From assembly GCA_964482955.1 (NCBI GenBank), contig CAYZZW010000007.1:5315-69314 (forward strand): DNA of 64,000 nt. The letters run 5' to 3'. The DNA comes from an uncultured Treponemataceae bacterium (GTDB lineage Bacteria > Spirochaetota > Spirochaetia > Treponematales > UBA12059). The translations under genes were made by a program, and so were the position numbers. Of the stretch, positions 29,501 to 36,302 are shown one piece after another. The number at the start of each line of letters is the position of its first letter. Within the stretch, counting starts at the first letter, position 1. Under the pieces are notes generated by a model, which worked only from the letters and a program-made list of their open reading frames with translations, was not told where the DNA came from and searched no databases.

Positions 29501-29816
29501 CGGTCTTGGCATCCACGACATCAAGACTCAACGCGGCGGCGTCACCATCCTCAACAACGTCATCGATCCGACGAAGGGCGAGCGGACGCGCCTCAACTAC
29601 ACGGTCGAAACCGAAGGACCGGTCACGATCGCGGTATTCACCCTCGACGGCGACGTCGTGAAGTACCTGTACCGCGGCACCAGGACCCCCGGCGACTACA
29701 CCGAAACCTGGGACGGCCGAAACCTCTCCGGCGCCGTCGTGGCGCGCGGCATCTACTTCATCCGCGCCCTGGGGCCGGGCTTCGACGAGATCCGCAAGGT
29801 GATGGTGGTCAAGTGA
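20502..29816 (+). CDS. giant secreted beta-helix/adhesin-like protein with C-terminal FlgD Ig-like domain (3104 aa)
   Basis: Signal-like LAALVGILAASGAAAGWG; Gly/Thr/Ala/Asn-rich beta repeats; DSDYDGKID; C-terminal WDGRNLSG.VVARGIYFIR; true start may be GTG 20568. Confidence 0.85.
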   Translation: MLRATPTSEHPRSAGAHGRRLAVSGRQCRISALRLAALVGILAASGAAAGWGQSPTRYPRQPSGFVELTATTQSWLGNANTTGSGDLDRVNVIFFEIPSSVTSDLYFAVKDPGANGTIFPDYNNFASGDPSTTFTLIGGQYALTGSTARERLYATTSQAYQGDTLGSISRTNEVDAGDGWVYFGGVNPALGELVGNKRYFKIVVEVGSTAGSIYKNGYQVDVSYSGSGVPTGVAGGLSFTYGACLILQDRAAAPGSANWMFYPFVPDTAADANYVFFHNYDFDDTGLSPNVTLRELKKTQATLVPGAAADTQASASGDSATISTGIQVASAATEANGTWRYDIYEGNVSITGTNLAEVWFTFSTDGTASADDAIVRAYSGYYAPAPADHVGISPASRTVITGSNAVYTLQVLDASGNPVPYARAVTVTVTAPATINATGLQSTVVNTDSNGYASFYVTSGSPTVALDITLATAWGTGTDGQATVQFVDDPAPTIAMASHLTYTEGGGDTLIPTITIADSGPLPGSIDESKDIRIRFSSSLTAAFVTPPAPVYGGTAGAVQSTIMEGSTLLIQLSPGYVMGDLTTIGNLFISSVGDAPSSGRLEMSVNGAGGPWIPCDKLITILDPNPPYIWTGANSSSWSDTLNWNPNGDPNSTTANVVIPVAASGRYPVLAANRTVKNITIYSGAPSLTLGNFNLTIAAGGSLQNAGTIVLNGTGRPSVGDADSGTVRYTSAAGGSVADFGTADYYDLELSPAAAATFTVGNPLTVANNLTVGANATLELASNGLSVDGVVSNAGVVRLTGVAAQTIALANGNDTDTGTWNYTEAAAAVSIRDFSGATDYCNLTVSGASALFATPGSIGLGGNYVQTAGTVTLAGDLTVAGTKTVSSGTVLDVSTHSVLGTNGFTNNGTVRISGGGQTIAGTKTNGNPSIVEYYGAGAGMAWGGSYHHLTLAGSGTFPAGGAIDVNGNLALTGGQLSMTTNDLTVAGSITRGTGTINSGAAVILDGSGGQTVDFTSSTLLDLDVRTTGTGVSLAANAAMTRDLFVNAAGRRLNKSTFNLDVDRHTNAASGTLDLGGSGTLNVGGNLTLGALLNAAGSTVILDGALAQALTPNGQTFGDVRIFGADVTMAGTATFGSLWIDATKSFTLGEGAATTLTTSGTVTVDGTLLFNSTGNTVRLAPAGGTSIANNGVIRVEGSTTTVDIVSPGTVTMSGTQQIDLNGCALSLSGFSTTTPHTLEANDILTIAGPVTFSGGFTLNGALSQLNVGGSTLNATGGLTVTNGTATMGGGTLNVGTAALTVDGGILTFSAIPVSVSCGALDLTLGSVNNDAVNTISVSGDVEVACAFNTPANSTINMMGAGTTINASSTIGSLNVSGATATVSLSTNDLSLAGSLNVAAGRSLSAVDGAVSRNISLAGDWTVSGTGAFDAGTGTVTFTLGSAQSLNAGGVDANHDFNNLTVNKSALAVTLGAPIAVGGKLTISSGALDVSASNHQITISGNWENAVGDAGFEERAGTVFCDGITLITGAERFYDLSIDAAGAVGADGLLTVANGLSCPGNFTSGAGGLLVLGNADFTDGTLNGASALGVDPLLEFRGNLIFSGSSAVDTNEDVILFSGGTTPQTFTPGGKAFDKLTVNKTAGTVVQMNDNASVAIFTQTSGNFTILAGRRLTVDDVLPTLADIALGAGTFTATGELDATDVAFEVPTGVIVAVGTSAFRVGAMTVSGGTFTQTGDNAAVHSAASLDVSAGSCTWASITPTCALDIPGAIIVSGTGSLAFGPKTVAAGSTVGMTAGTGTLNLRSTTLNAQGAVTVSAGTLLLGPTTVTTTEDDVTITQAVVLGTLAAHQVSVVTGSTVAGNGDIAFGAVDGPGYLTANAGASSVSFSGNLGGTTALASVSATSTNPAANAITIRSVRAAGAQQWTGNVTLGADAALQTSGTAITFTGALDGASRNLTLNAAIAAGVVDFQGAVSGLGTGTGAALTVQAGVTGQVRFRSTLGGASGIAAAGVPFRFDDDVTLADGNASTTLGAVTMDGLSFSCYDGFASGAMTLSSADVSVDSNGGTMTIASVVGGSQNLTLISGAGTLGVTGNIAALGTLTLQEDLASSTGTVTLSGSVSAAGIVTWAQGYAVTMTGGCAIASDVIFANTGALSLGDADADTFTFTGGMTARDTSSNAFRGTIATGGAAGQNLAFDDVTVGAGVAVAATCTLDAGAAGTVVVDDTSGGGTGTLSAAAAKRLNVTAASLTATAASIAGAGTIDLGSTNFSIGTLSSSSPDFAPLPGYFDPDPIGNSESLLRLTGTQTTHAIATNDVDSGIVEYYGTGGTVFAAGFLNGSLHYHDLRIAGTGTFALGGDVATARNVVIDSGILSLGANTLDVGDGWYNTTAGTTALDAGTGTVRFQKPSGTVYVYGHNTWCVFHCTVPGVTILFENAHVQRIVASGVFRVRGSAWGAGSQIDLNRITVWPVPPAAPADELDDDFWSFDFLPGATFDMRYVNVYFSNAILHPVAVPADVNAVPAPYYCYKWLNNIYTLYSFTEDSDYDGKIDRIRVTCETSINGDFSDFDVTVEGYEIDRTKAGSTRGFEHVGAGYVFYIWLVEKTWQDTDATPDWRIARNTTLRGGTKLVGTLQRAIADPLWKSPGDWMDPGDGAWPRLSYRLAVPLHNEGFVAFSEPIRNSGGSLPSAAELGFTAGPTVVVGTATELKEATGTIASPSLADLAGGASTLSHDGGLRDIGQAPGWGPNYVNLVGIVGNPTWPLDTGYGDPYGYTASATRPVFDVQRGADATTHRVSDLLVSVEPSTVAASWSALNPASYFVWPVWAKDSAYFPGTSTDWETYTPAEAASRTIGFVRAFDGSQWLRDQDWVLQARRHASGAAWTPSIIYDSNAPDTFRSAVPGIWLPDYAETDFAGLAAYPMPIQLAPGSSNAGIATGQVPATTSSGDLFNWKFSESDPKVFSVAEFEFWFRLGALTDLCAGRLDAPSGFAAMPADWYRRVRPFGLGIHDIKTQRGGVTILNNVIDPTKGERTRLNYTVETEGPVTIAVFTLDGDVVKYLYRGTRTPGDYTETWDGRNLSGAVVARGIYFIRALGPGFDEIRKVMVVK

Positions 29817-29838
29817 CCTCGTACCGAACCTGACCGAA

Positions 29839-29917
29839 GGCGGGGCCGTACACATGGCCACGACAAAGGCGCGCAAGTAAGCGCAAGCTTTGTCGTGGCC
29901 ATGTGTACGGCCCCGCC
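29839..29917. repeat. perfect 30-bp-arm inverted repeat (hairpin family, type II core)
   Basis: GGCGGGGCCGTACACATGGCCACGACAAAG / CTTTGTCGTGGCCATGTGTACGGCCCCGCC; degenerate second copy near 29989-30048. Confidence 0.9.
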
Positions 29918-30243
29918 ACCTTTCCGGCTCGGTGCCGTCAATGACCGCCAACACCTCTTGGAACGGGCTATATGGCGGTAGAATAAGTCACGACAAAGGC
30001 GCGCAAGTAAGCGCAAGCTTTGTCGTAGCCATGTGTACGGTCCCGCCACCTTTCAGTTCCGCCCGATCGATGACCGCCAACACCTCTTGGAACGGGCTAG
30101 ATAGCGGCAGAATGGGCCGCGACAATTTCGGATCGTGCAATATGAAAGCGAAGCCCGCCGCGCTTCACTGGCCACGTGAGATAGTGCGGCGCTACTGGGG
30201 TTAGGTGGCGCAAGTTTATTGAAGCGGATGAAACCGGCCGGGT

Positions 30244-30314
30244 GGGGCATAGCATTACCCACGACGAATATTGCGAGTACTCTCGCCTATTCGTCGCGGG
30301 TAATGCTATGCCCC
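30244..30314. repeat. 71-bp hairpin (type I core)
   Basis: 27-bp arms with 1 mismatch around TTGCGAGTACTCTCGCC. Confidence 0.9.
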
Positions 30315-30416
30315 GGACCCCGGCTCATCAGGTACAACAACCGTCCGCCGCACCTTTCCGAAGAGGTCCCGCGATTTCACGGCGATTCATGAAGCGCGAC
30401 CCGCGAAGCGCCGTTC

Positions 30417-30446
30417 TTGACCGGGATTCATGCCCGCCGATATACT
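30417..30446 (+). promoter_or_regulatory. sigma70-like promoter; leaderless transcript likely
   Basis: TTGACC-18-TATACT, then 7 nt to ATG 30454. Confidence 0.65.
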
Positions 30447-30453
30447 CGCCGCC

Positions 30454-31587
30454 ATGAAGGGACTCGTCGCTTATATCAGCACCGGGCACGGATTCAAGTC
30501 GCCGGCCGAGGCGGTCGCGAAGGAGCTGACCGCGCGCGGTCACGACGTCGCGTGCCTCGACTTCCTCAAGGAAGCGGGCGTGCTCGGGTGGCACAACCTG
30601 CTCACGAAGTCGTGGACGACGATGCTCGGGAAGCCGCTTCTCTTCAAGCTCGTCTTTCCGCTCATGAACGGCGTCCTCTCCCTGCCCCTCAAGAAGGCCA
30701 TCGAGCTCATGGCGCGGAAGAAGGTGCTGGCCTATCTCGATCGCGAAAAGCCGGACTTCGTGTTCTCCACCCACTTCGGCACGACGGCCGTGTTCAACGG
30801 CGCCGTGCGGTCCTGGGAGCGCAAGACCGGACGCAGGCTGCCGTTTTTCGCCTACAACTCGGACGTGATCCTGTCCCACGTCGCGTACATCGCCAAGCGC
30901 GTCACGCGCTACTTCGTCGCCACGGAGCGCTGCCGCGACGAAATGGTCGCCCACGGCCAGGCGCCCGAATCGGTCGTCGTCGCGCCGTTCCCGATCGATC
31001 CCAAGTACTCGAAGAAATTCGGGAGCGTACGCGACGAACGCGCGACCCTCGGGCTCAAGGACATGTTCACCGTCGTCATGTCGATGGGCGGCGAGGGCAT
31101 CGGCGACTTCTCGTTCATCGAGCGCCTGGCCGCGTCCGGCGCGAAACTCCAACTCGTCGTCGTCTGCGGCCGCAACGAAGCGGCTCTCGCGCGGCTCGAG
31201 GCGATGAAGGCGGCGCGTCCGGATTTCGAGCTCGTGCCGCTCGGCTTCGTCACGAACATGCAGGATTACCTGTACGCCTGCGACGTCGCCGCGGGGAAGG
31301 CCGGGCTCAACACCATCTTCGAGTCCATCGCCATGAAAAAGCCGTTTCTCGCGCTCATGGCCATGGCCAACGAGACGATCGCCGCGCGCTTCCTATCGGA
31401 CGAAGGTTATGGGATATGGGCCCGCAATGCCGCGGAAGCCGCCGAGTTCGTCGAGCGCGCCGCCAGCGACCCGGCCGTCCTGGCGCCGTACCGCGAGCGG
31501 CTCGAAAAGCCGCCCTGCGCCTTCGGCGCGGGCGGCATCGCCGACGCGATCGAGCGCGAAGCGCGCACCGGAGGATCGACGAAATGA
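30454..31587 (+). CDS. GT28 MGDG-synthase/UgtP-like glycosyltransferase
   Basis: STGHGF, VFSTHF, MGGEG, VVCGRN, LGFVTNM, GKAG..TIFE; alternative start 30430. Confidence 0.85.
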   Translation: MKGLVAYISTGHGFKSPAEAVAKELTARGHDVACLDFLKEAGVLGWHNLLTKSWTTMLGKPLLFKLVFPLMNGVLSLPLKKAIELMARKKVLAYLDREKPDFVFSTHFGTTAVFNGAVRSWERKTGRRLPFFAYNSDVILSHVAYIAKRVTRYFVATERCRDEMVAHGQAPESVVVAPFPIDPKYSKKFGSVRDERATLGLKDMFTVVMSMGGEGIGDFSFIERLAASGAKLQLVVVCGRNEAALARLEAMKAARPDFELVPLGFVTNMQDYLYACDVAAGKAGLNTIFESIAMKKPFLALMAMANETIAARFLSDEGYGIWARNAAEAAEFVERAASDPAVLAPYRERLEKPPCAFGAGGIADAIEREARTGGSTK

Positions 31588-32738
31588 ACCTGTTCGCCGC
31601 GCTCGTCAACAAGGTCATCGACATGTTCCGCCTGGGCGTGAACATCTCCACGCAAGTGACCGATTATTACCTCCTCAAGAAACTGCAGGACGCGGTCATC
31701 CACAACGACCGCGGCGCCAGCTTCACCGACCTCACGCGGAACAAGGGCTCCATCACGAAGCGCGCGCAGGGCAAGGGCGAATCGAAGCTGATCGACGAGA
31801 TGGAATGGTACCTCGAGTACCGCGACACGCGCCTCGGGGCGCACTTTCCGGACATCCTCGAGCACTCGACCGCGCCCGGCAACGTGTTCTACCGGATGCG
31901 CTACTACAATTACCCGAACCTGCGCACCGTCATCATGAGCGACATGAACGCCTTCTTCTTCCTCAAGCTGCGCTGGAAGAAGATGCTCGGCCTCATGAAG
32001 GAGGAGTTTTTCGTCGAGCATAGATCGGCCGCGACGCCCGCCGACTTCGTCGAGAAGAACCACCTCCACAAGCTCTACGAGCGCGTGCGCGTGATGAAGG
32101 AAGACGCGCCCTTCCTCGCGCCGGTGGCCGACGCGAAGACGCTCACGGTCAACGGCCGGAAGATCCTCGGCTGGAAGGCGGTCGCGGACGCGATCAGCGA
32201 ACGCCCCGACATCATCGCGCGCCTCACGCCGCCCCGCGTCTACGTTTCGCACGGCGACATGCACTGCAACAACATCCTCTGCGGCATCGCCGCGGGGAAC
32301 TACGTGCTCCTCGACTGCCGCGGCAAGGCGCCCGACGGCACGCGGTACTTCGATCCCGCGTACGACGTCGGGAAGCTCTTCCACGACCTCAGGAGCCAGT
32401 ACTCGCTCATCGAAAAGCACTACTTTTCCGTGTTCCTCCGCGAAGAGGCCGGCAAGCCGGTCATCGACTTCGAGTTCACGCAAAAAACCTACCTGGAACG
32501 CTTCCTCCGCAACTACGAATACGTGCGTCCTTATATAGAAGAAAACTTCACTGGGTACGGAGAGCTCCTCTATCGCGCGGACTTCACCGAGGCGATGCTC
32601 TACCTGACGATGGTCCCATTCCACCTGCGGTTCAAGGGCGAGGGCCTCGTCTGCTTCGTCACCGGGCTCCTCCGCCTCAACGAGTGGATCGAAACCCACC
32701 ATCCCGACATCAAGGCCGCCATATTGGAGCGCGAATGA
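31584..32738 (+). CDS. APH/choline-kinase-fold phosphotransferase
   Basis: HGDMHCNNIL (Brenner-like), LLDCRG, DPAYDVGKL; ATGA overlap with upstream gene. Confidence 0.75.
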   Translation: MNLFAALVNKVIDMFRLGVNISTQVTDYYLLKKLQDAVIHNDRGASFTDLTRNKGSITKRAQGKGESKLIDEMEWYLEYRDTRLGAHFPDILEHSTAPGNVFYRMRYYNYPNLRTVIMSDMNAFFFLKLRWKKMLGLMKEEFFVEHRSAATPADFVEKNHLHKLYERVRVMKEDAPFLAPVADAKTLTVNGRKILGWKAVADAISERPDIIARLTPPRVYVSHGDMHCNNILCGIAAGNYVLLDCRGKAPDGTRYFDPAYDVGKLFHDLRSQYSLIEKHYFSVFLREEAGKPVIDFEFTQKTYLERFLRNYEYVRPYIEENFTGYGELLYRADFTEAMLYLTMVPFHLRFKGEGLVCFVTGLLRLNEWIETHHPDIKAAILERE

Positions 32739-33472
32739 AAGCCGTCATACTCGCCGCGGGCAAGGGTACGCGCCTCAAGCCCTATTCCGAGATCCTCCCG
32801 AAGCCCCTCATGCCGATCGAGCTCGACGCGAACGGCGGCTTCCGCACCATCATCGAGCGGCTCGTCGCGCAGATCGTCGCGGCCGGCGTGACGGAGATCG
32901 TCGTGGCCGTCAACTACAAGGCCGCCATGATCATGGAAGCCCTCGGCGACGGCGAGTCCCTGGGCGCGAAGATCTCCTACGTGCACCAGTCGAAGCTGGA
33001 CGGCAACGCCGGCGCCTTCTACCGCGCCGCGCACCTCGTGAAGGGCGACGACGTCATCGTCACCGACTCCGACAACCTCATCTCCGACGACGCGGTGTTT
33101 CGCAAGATGCGCGAGCGCCACGAGCGCGAAAAGGCCGCCGTCACGGTGGGCGTGTGTCGCGTGACCGACGTCCGCAAGTTCGCCATCGTCAAGACCGACG
33201 CCGCCGGGAAGCCCGTCGACATCTTCGAAAAGCCCGAATCGGCGGACGGGTGGGGCAACCTGGCCAAGTCCGGCCTCATGATCCTCTCCGCGGAGACGGC
33301 CGCGCTCGATCCGTCGGTCTCGGTCGCCCCGAACGGCGAGTTCACGACGACGCAGATCATCAAGCACTGCATCGACGCGGGCAGGAAGGTGTCGCTCCAC
33401 GACATCGAGGGCGGCTTCAAGGACATCGGCACCTGGGCGGAATACGTGCCGGTGTTCAAGTCGAAGCTGTAG
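32735..33472 (+). CDS. sugar-phosphate nucleotidyltransferase (NTP_transferase family)
   Basis: MKAVILAAGKGTRLKP, PKPLMP, FEKP, DIGT; no C-terminal LbH domain. Confidence 0.9.
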   Translation: MKAVILAAGKGTRLKPYSEILPKPLMPIELDANGGFRTIIERLVAQIVAAGVTEIVVAVNYKAAMIMEALGDGESLGAKISYVHQSKLDGNAGAFYRAAHLVKGDDVIVTDSDNLISDDAVFRKMRERHEREKAAVTVGVCRVTDVRKFAIVKTDAAGKPVDIFEKPESADGWGNLAKSGLMILSAETAALDPSVSVAPNGEFTTTQIIKHCIDAGRKVSLHDIEGGFKDIGTWAEYVPVFKSKL

Positions 33473-33496
33473 ACCGAGAACATAAAGAGAATCTTT

Positions 33497-33556
33497 ACCA
33501 CGAAGGGCACGAAGGTTCAGCCACGAAGTACACGAAGGAAACGAAGGCAACGAAAG
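33497..33556. repeat. CACGAAG 9-bp-period repeat element
   Basis: ACCACGAAGGGCACGAAG...CCACGAAGTACACGAAG. Confidence 0.85.
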
Positions 33557-33593
33557 TAGAGAAGAGAAAAAGGGAAGAAGGATGTGTGGGAAT

Positions 33594-35309
33594 ATGGAAA
33601 TTAAACGTACCTTCTTCCTGATCGCGATTTCGTTAACGCTGGCCGCGTCGCTCGCAGCGCAGTCTTCCGGCCTCACGCTCCGGTCGAAGGACGGGAGCGC
33701 CATCGGGAACTTCTCGGGGTCCTACGCGCTCGTGATCGGGGAGTCGGAATACCGCGCCGGCTGGGCGCGGCTGCCCGGCGCGAAACAAGACGCGCGCGCC
33801 GTCGCGAAGCTGCTCGAGGAATCGGGTTTCCTGGTGACCGTCCGGGAGGACCTCGATTTCGCCGCGCTCAAGGCCGCCTTCGAGGACTTCATCGACCGCT
33901 ACGGCCTCGACGAAGGCAACCGCCTCCTCTTCTACTACGCCGGGCACGGCCACACCCTCAAGTTGGCCGGCGGACGCGACATGGGCTACATCGTGCCTGT
34001 CGACGCGCCTTCGCCCGGCAAGGACGAGCTCGGCTTCAAGCGCCTCGCGCTGCCCATGCAGCAGTTCGACACCTGGGCGCGCCGCATCGAGAGCCGCCAC
34101 GCCCTCTTCGTGTTCGACTCGTGCTTTTCCGGCTCCGTCTTCAACCTGACGCGCGCGGCCGCGACGTCCGCGTTCATCACCGACAAGACCCTGAAGCCGG
34201 TGCGCCAGTTCGTCACCTCCGGCTCCGCCGACGAGGTCGTTTCCGACAACTCCGTGTTCCGCGCGCAATTCGCGGCGGCGCTGTCTGGCGAAGGCGACCG
34301 CAACGGCGACGGATACGTGACCGGCGTCGAACTCGGCGAGTATCTCCGCGAAACCGTGATGAAATACACGCGCTCCGCCCAGCACCCGCAGTTCGGCACC
34401 ATCAACGATCCGGCCCTCGACAAGGGCGACTTCGTGTTCGAGGCGAAGCTCCGTCCCGACGCCGCCGCGGCCGCCGCCGAACGCCCCGCGGAAACGCGGC
34501 CATACAAGCCGACTCCCGGCTTCGTGCGGATACCGGGCGGCACCTTCCGCATGGGCAGCCCCGCGGTCGAAGCCAACCGCAAGGACGACGAGGTTCAGCA
34601 CGACGTGACGCTGCGCGCCTTTTCGATGGGCCCGCGCGAGGTCACGCAAGCCGAATGGAAGGCGGTCATGGGAACGAACCCGAGCTTCTTCAAGGGCGAC
34701 GACCTGCCCGTCGAGAACGTGAGCTGGTACGACGTCCTCGTCTACTGCAACCGGCGCTCGCTCGCGGAAGGCATCGCGCCGGCGTACCGCGTCGGCGGCA
34801 GCGCCGACCCCGACGACTGGGGTCTGGTCCCGTCCGAACCGGACGGGCGCTGGGACGAGGTCGCCTGCGACTTTTCCTCGGACGGCTATCGCCTGCCCAC
34901 CGAAGCCGAGTGGGAGTACGCGTGCCGCTCAGGCACGGCGACTCCGTTCTCGTTCGGGACGGCGCTGAGTACCGCCGACGCGAACTACGACGGCAAGCAT
35001 CCCTACGCCGGGGCGCCCGCCGGCGAGCGGCGCGAGCGCACGCTGCCCGCGGGTTCCTTCAAGCCGAACGCCTTCGGGCTTTTCGACATGCACGGCAACG
35101 TGTACGAGTGGGTGTGGGACTGGTACGGCCCGTACGACCAAAGTCCGGCTACCGACCCGACCGGCCCGAAGGCGGGCGAGGGCCGCGTCCACCGCGGCGG
35201 CAGCTGGGGCAGCTACGGCCTCTACCTCCGCTCCGCCGCCCGCAAGGGCTGGGCCCCCCACAACCGCAACGCGAACCTCGGCTTCCACGTCGTGCGTTCG
35301 GCGCCGTGA
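33594..35309 (+). CDS. secreted caspase-family (C14) domain + FGE/SUMF1 domain protein
   Basis: Signal peptide; YYAGHG and FDSCFSG dyad; FRMGS, YRLPTEAEWEYAC, PNAFGLFDMHGNVYEW, RGGSW. Confidence 0.9.
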   Translation: MEIKRTFFLIAISLTLAASLAAQSSGLTLRSKDGSAIGNFSGSYALVIGESEYRAGWARLPGAKQDARAVAKLLEESGFLVTVREDLDFAALKAAFEDFIDRYGLDEGNRLLFYYAGHGHTLKLAGGRDMGYIVPVDAPSPGKDELGFKRLALPMQQFDTWARRIESRHALFVFDSCFSGSVFNLTRAAATSAFITDKTLKPVRQFVTSGSADEVVSDNSVFRAQFAAALSGEGDRNGDGYVTGVELGEYLRETVMKYTRSAQHPQFGTINDPALDKGDFVFEAKLRPDAAAAAAERPAETRPYKPTPGFVRIPGGTFRMGSPAVEANRKDDEVQHDVTLRAFSMGPREVTQAEWKAVMGTNPSFFKGDDLPVENVSWYDVLVYCNRRSLAEGIAPAYRVGGSADPDDWGLVPSEPDGRWDEVACDFSSDGYRLPTEAEWEYACRSGTATPFSFGTALSTADANYDGKHPYAGAPAGERRERTLPAGSFKPNAFGLFDMHGNVYEWVWDWYGPYDQSPATDPTGPKAGEGRVHRGGSWGSYGLYLRSAARKGWAPHNRNANLGFHVVRSAP

Positions 35310-35442
35310 TCGCCCGGGGGAAGCAACCTTTCGCGGAAAGGTTTCCTCCCCCGGGCCCCCGCTTTCCAAAGGCATTTCGCTTGTCGGCGCGTTCCGGACG
35401 CATTATCTTCGACTACAGTCAGCCAACGTCGGAGGTATCAAC

Positions 35443-35985
35443 ATGCTGTCGAAGAAAGTCGTGGACCGGATCAATCTCCAGATCGAACGGGAAATCTATT
35501 CCGCCTACCTGTACATGGCCATGTCGGCCGCCATGACCGAGACCGGTTACACGGGCGTCGCCAAGTGGCTCATGACGCAGTATCACGAAGAGATGTTCCA
35601 CGCGATGAAGTTCTTCCTGTACCTGCAGGACCAGGGAGCCGCGCCCGTGGTGCCGAAGATCGACATGCCGCAGGTGAAGGCCCGCACGATCAAGGGCATC
35701 TTCGAGGCGACCCTCGAGCACGAGCGGTTCGTCACCTCGTCCATCCGCGAGCTCCTCGAGCTGGCCATAGCCGAAAAGGACTACGCCACGGAGAACCTCC
35801 TCCGCTGGTACGTGAACGAGCAGGTGGAGGAGGAGAAGAACGCGTCGGAGATCCTCCAGAACATCGAGATCATGGGCGAGGAAAAACAGGCGCTCTGGCA
35901 GCTCAACACGCAGCTCGGCGTCCGAGCCCCGACCATCCCCCTCGATTTCACCAACCCCGCCGCCTTCGTCGCGGCCGCCCCGTAA
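35443..35985 (+). CDS. ftnA: non-heme ferritin
   Basis: E..SAYLY, EEMFHAMK, EHERFVT, WYVNEQVEEE ferroxidase motifs. Confidence 0.92.
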   Translation: MLSKKVVDRINLQIEREIYSAYLYMAMSAAMTETGYTGVAKWLMTQYHEEMFHAMKFFLYLQDQGAAPVVPKIDMPQVKARTIKGIFEATLEHERFVTSSIRELLELAIAEKDYATENLLRWYVNEQVEEEKNASEILQNIEIMGEEKQALWQLNTQLGVRAPTIPLDFTNPAAFVAAAP

Positions 35986-35996
35986 GCGTTCGAACT

Positions 35997-36228
35997 TTTA
36001 CCACGAAGATCACGAAGGAAGCACGAAGGGCACGAAGGAAGAGAAGGTAACGAAGAGGAAGAGGATAACGAGATCGACCGAAGGATCTTCTGAATAGATC
36101 TTTCCCGCTTTCTCTTTCAACCCTTTCCCTCTTCCTTCGTGCCCTGACGCTCGAATACTCGCTAAGCTTCGCTCGTGGCAGCAACTTCGTGTCCTAACGC
36201 TCGAGTACTCGCTAAGCTTTGCTCGTGG
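35997..36228. repeat. CACGAAG element with two GCGAGTACTCGAGC sub-repeats
   Basis: CCACGAAGATCACGAAG...; ACGCTCGARTACTCGCTAAGCTTYGCTCGTGG at 36147 and 36197. Confidence 0.85.
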
Positions 36229-36266
36229 TGAATCTTCCTAGCGGCGGTCAGCCGGACGGATCGATA

Positions 36267-36296
36267 TTGACCTTGGGGGCGGGGGCGGCCTAGTAT
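36267..36296 (+). promoter_or_regulatory. alaS promoter; leaderless transcript likely
   Basis: TTGACC-18-TAGTAT, 6 nt before ATG; no SD. Confidence 0.65.
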
Positions 36297-36302
36297 CCGG
36301 GC

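Noticed and set aside
30417-32738. 773-aa ORF as a GT-kinase fusion
   Set aside because: The GT is in another frame (ends 31587); the kinase starts at ATG 31584
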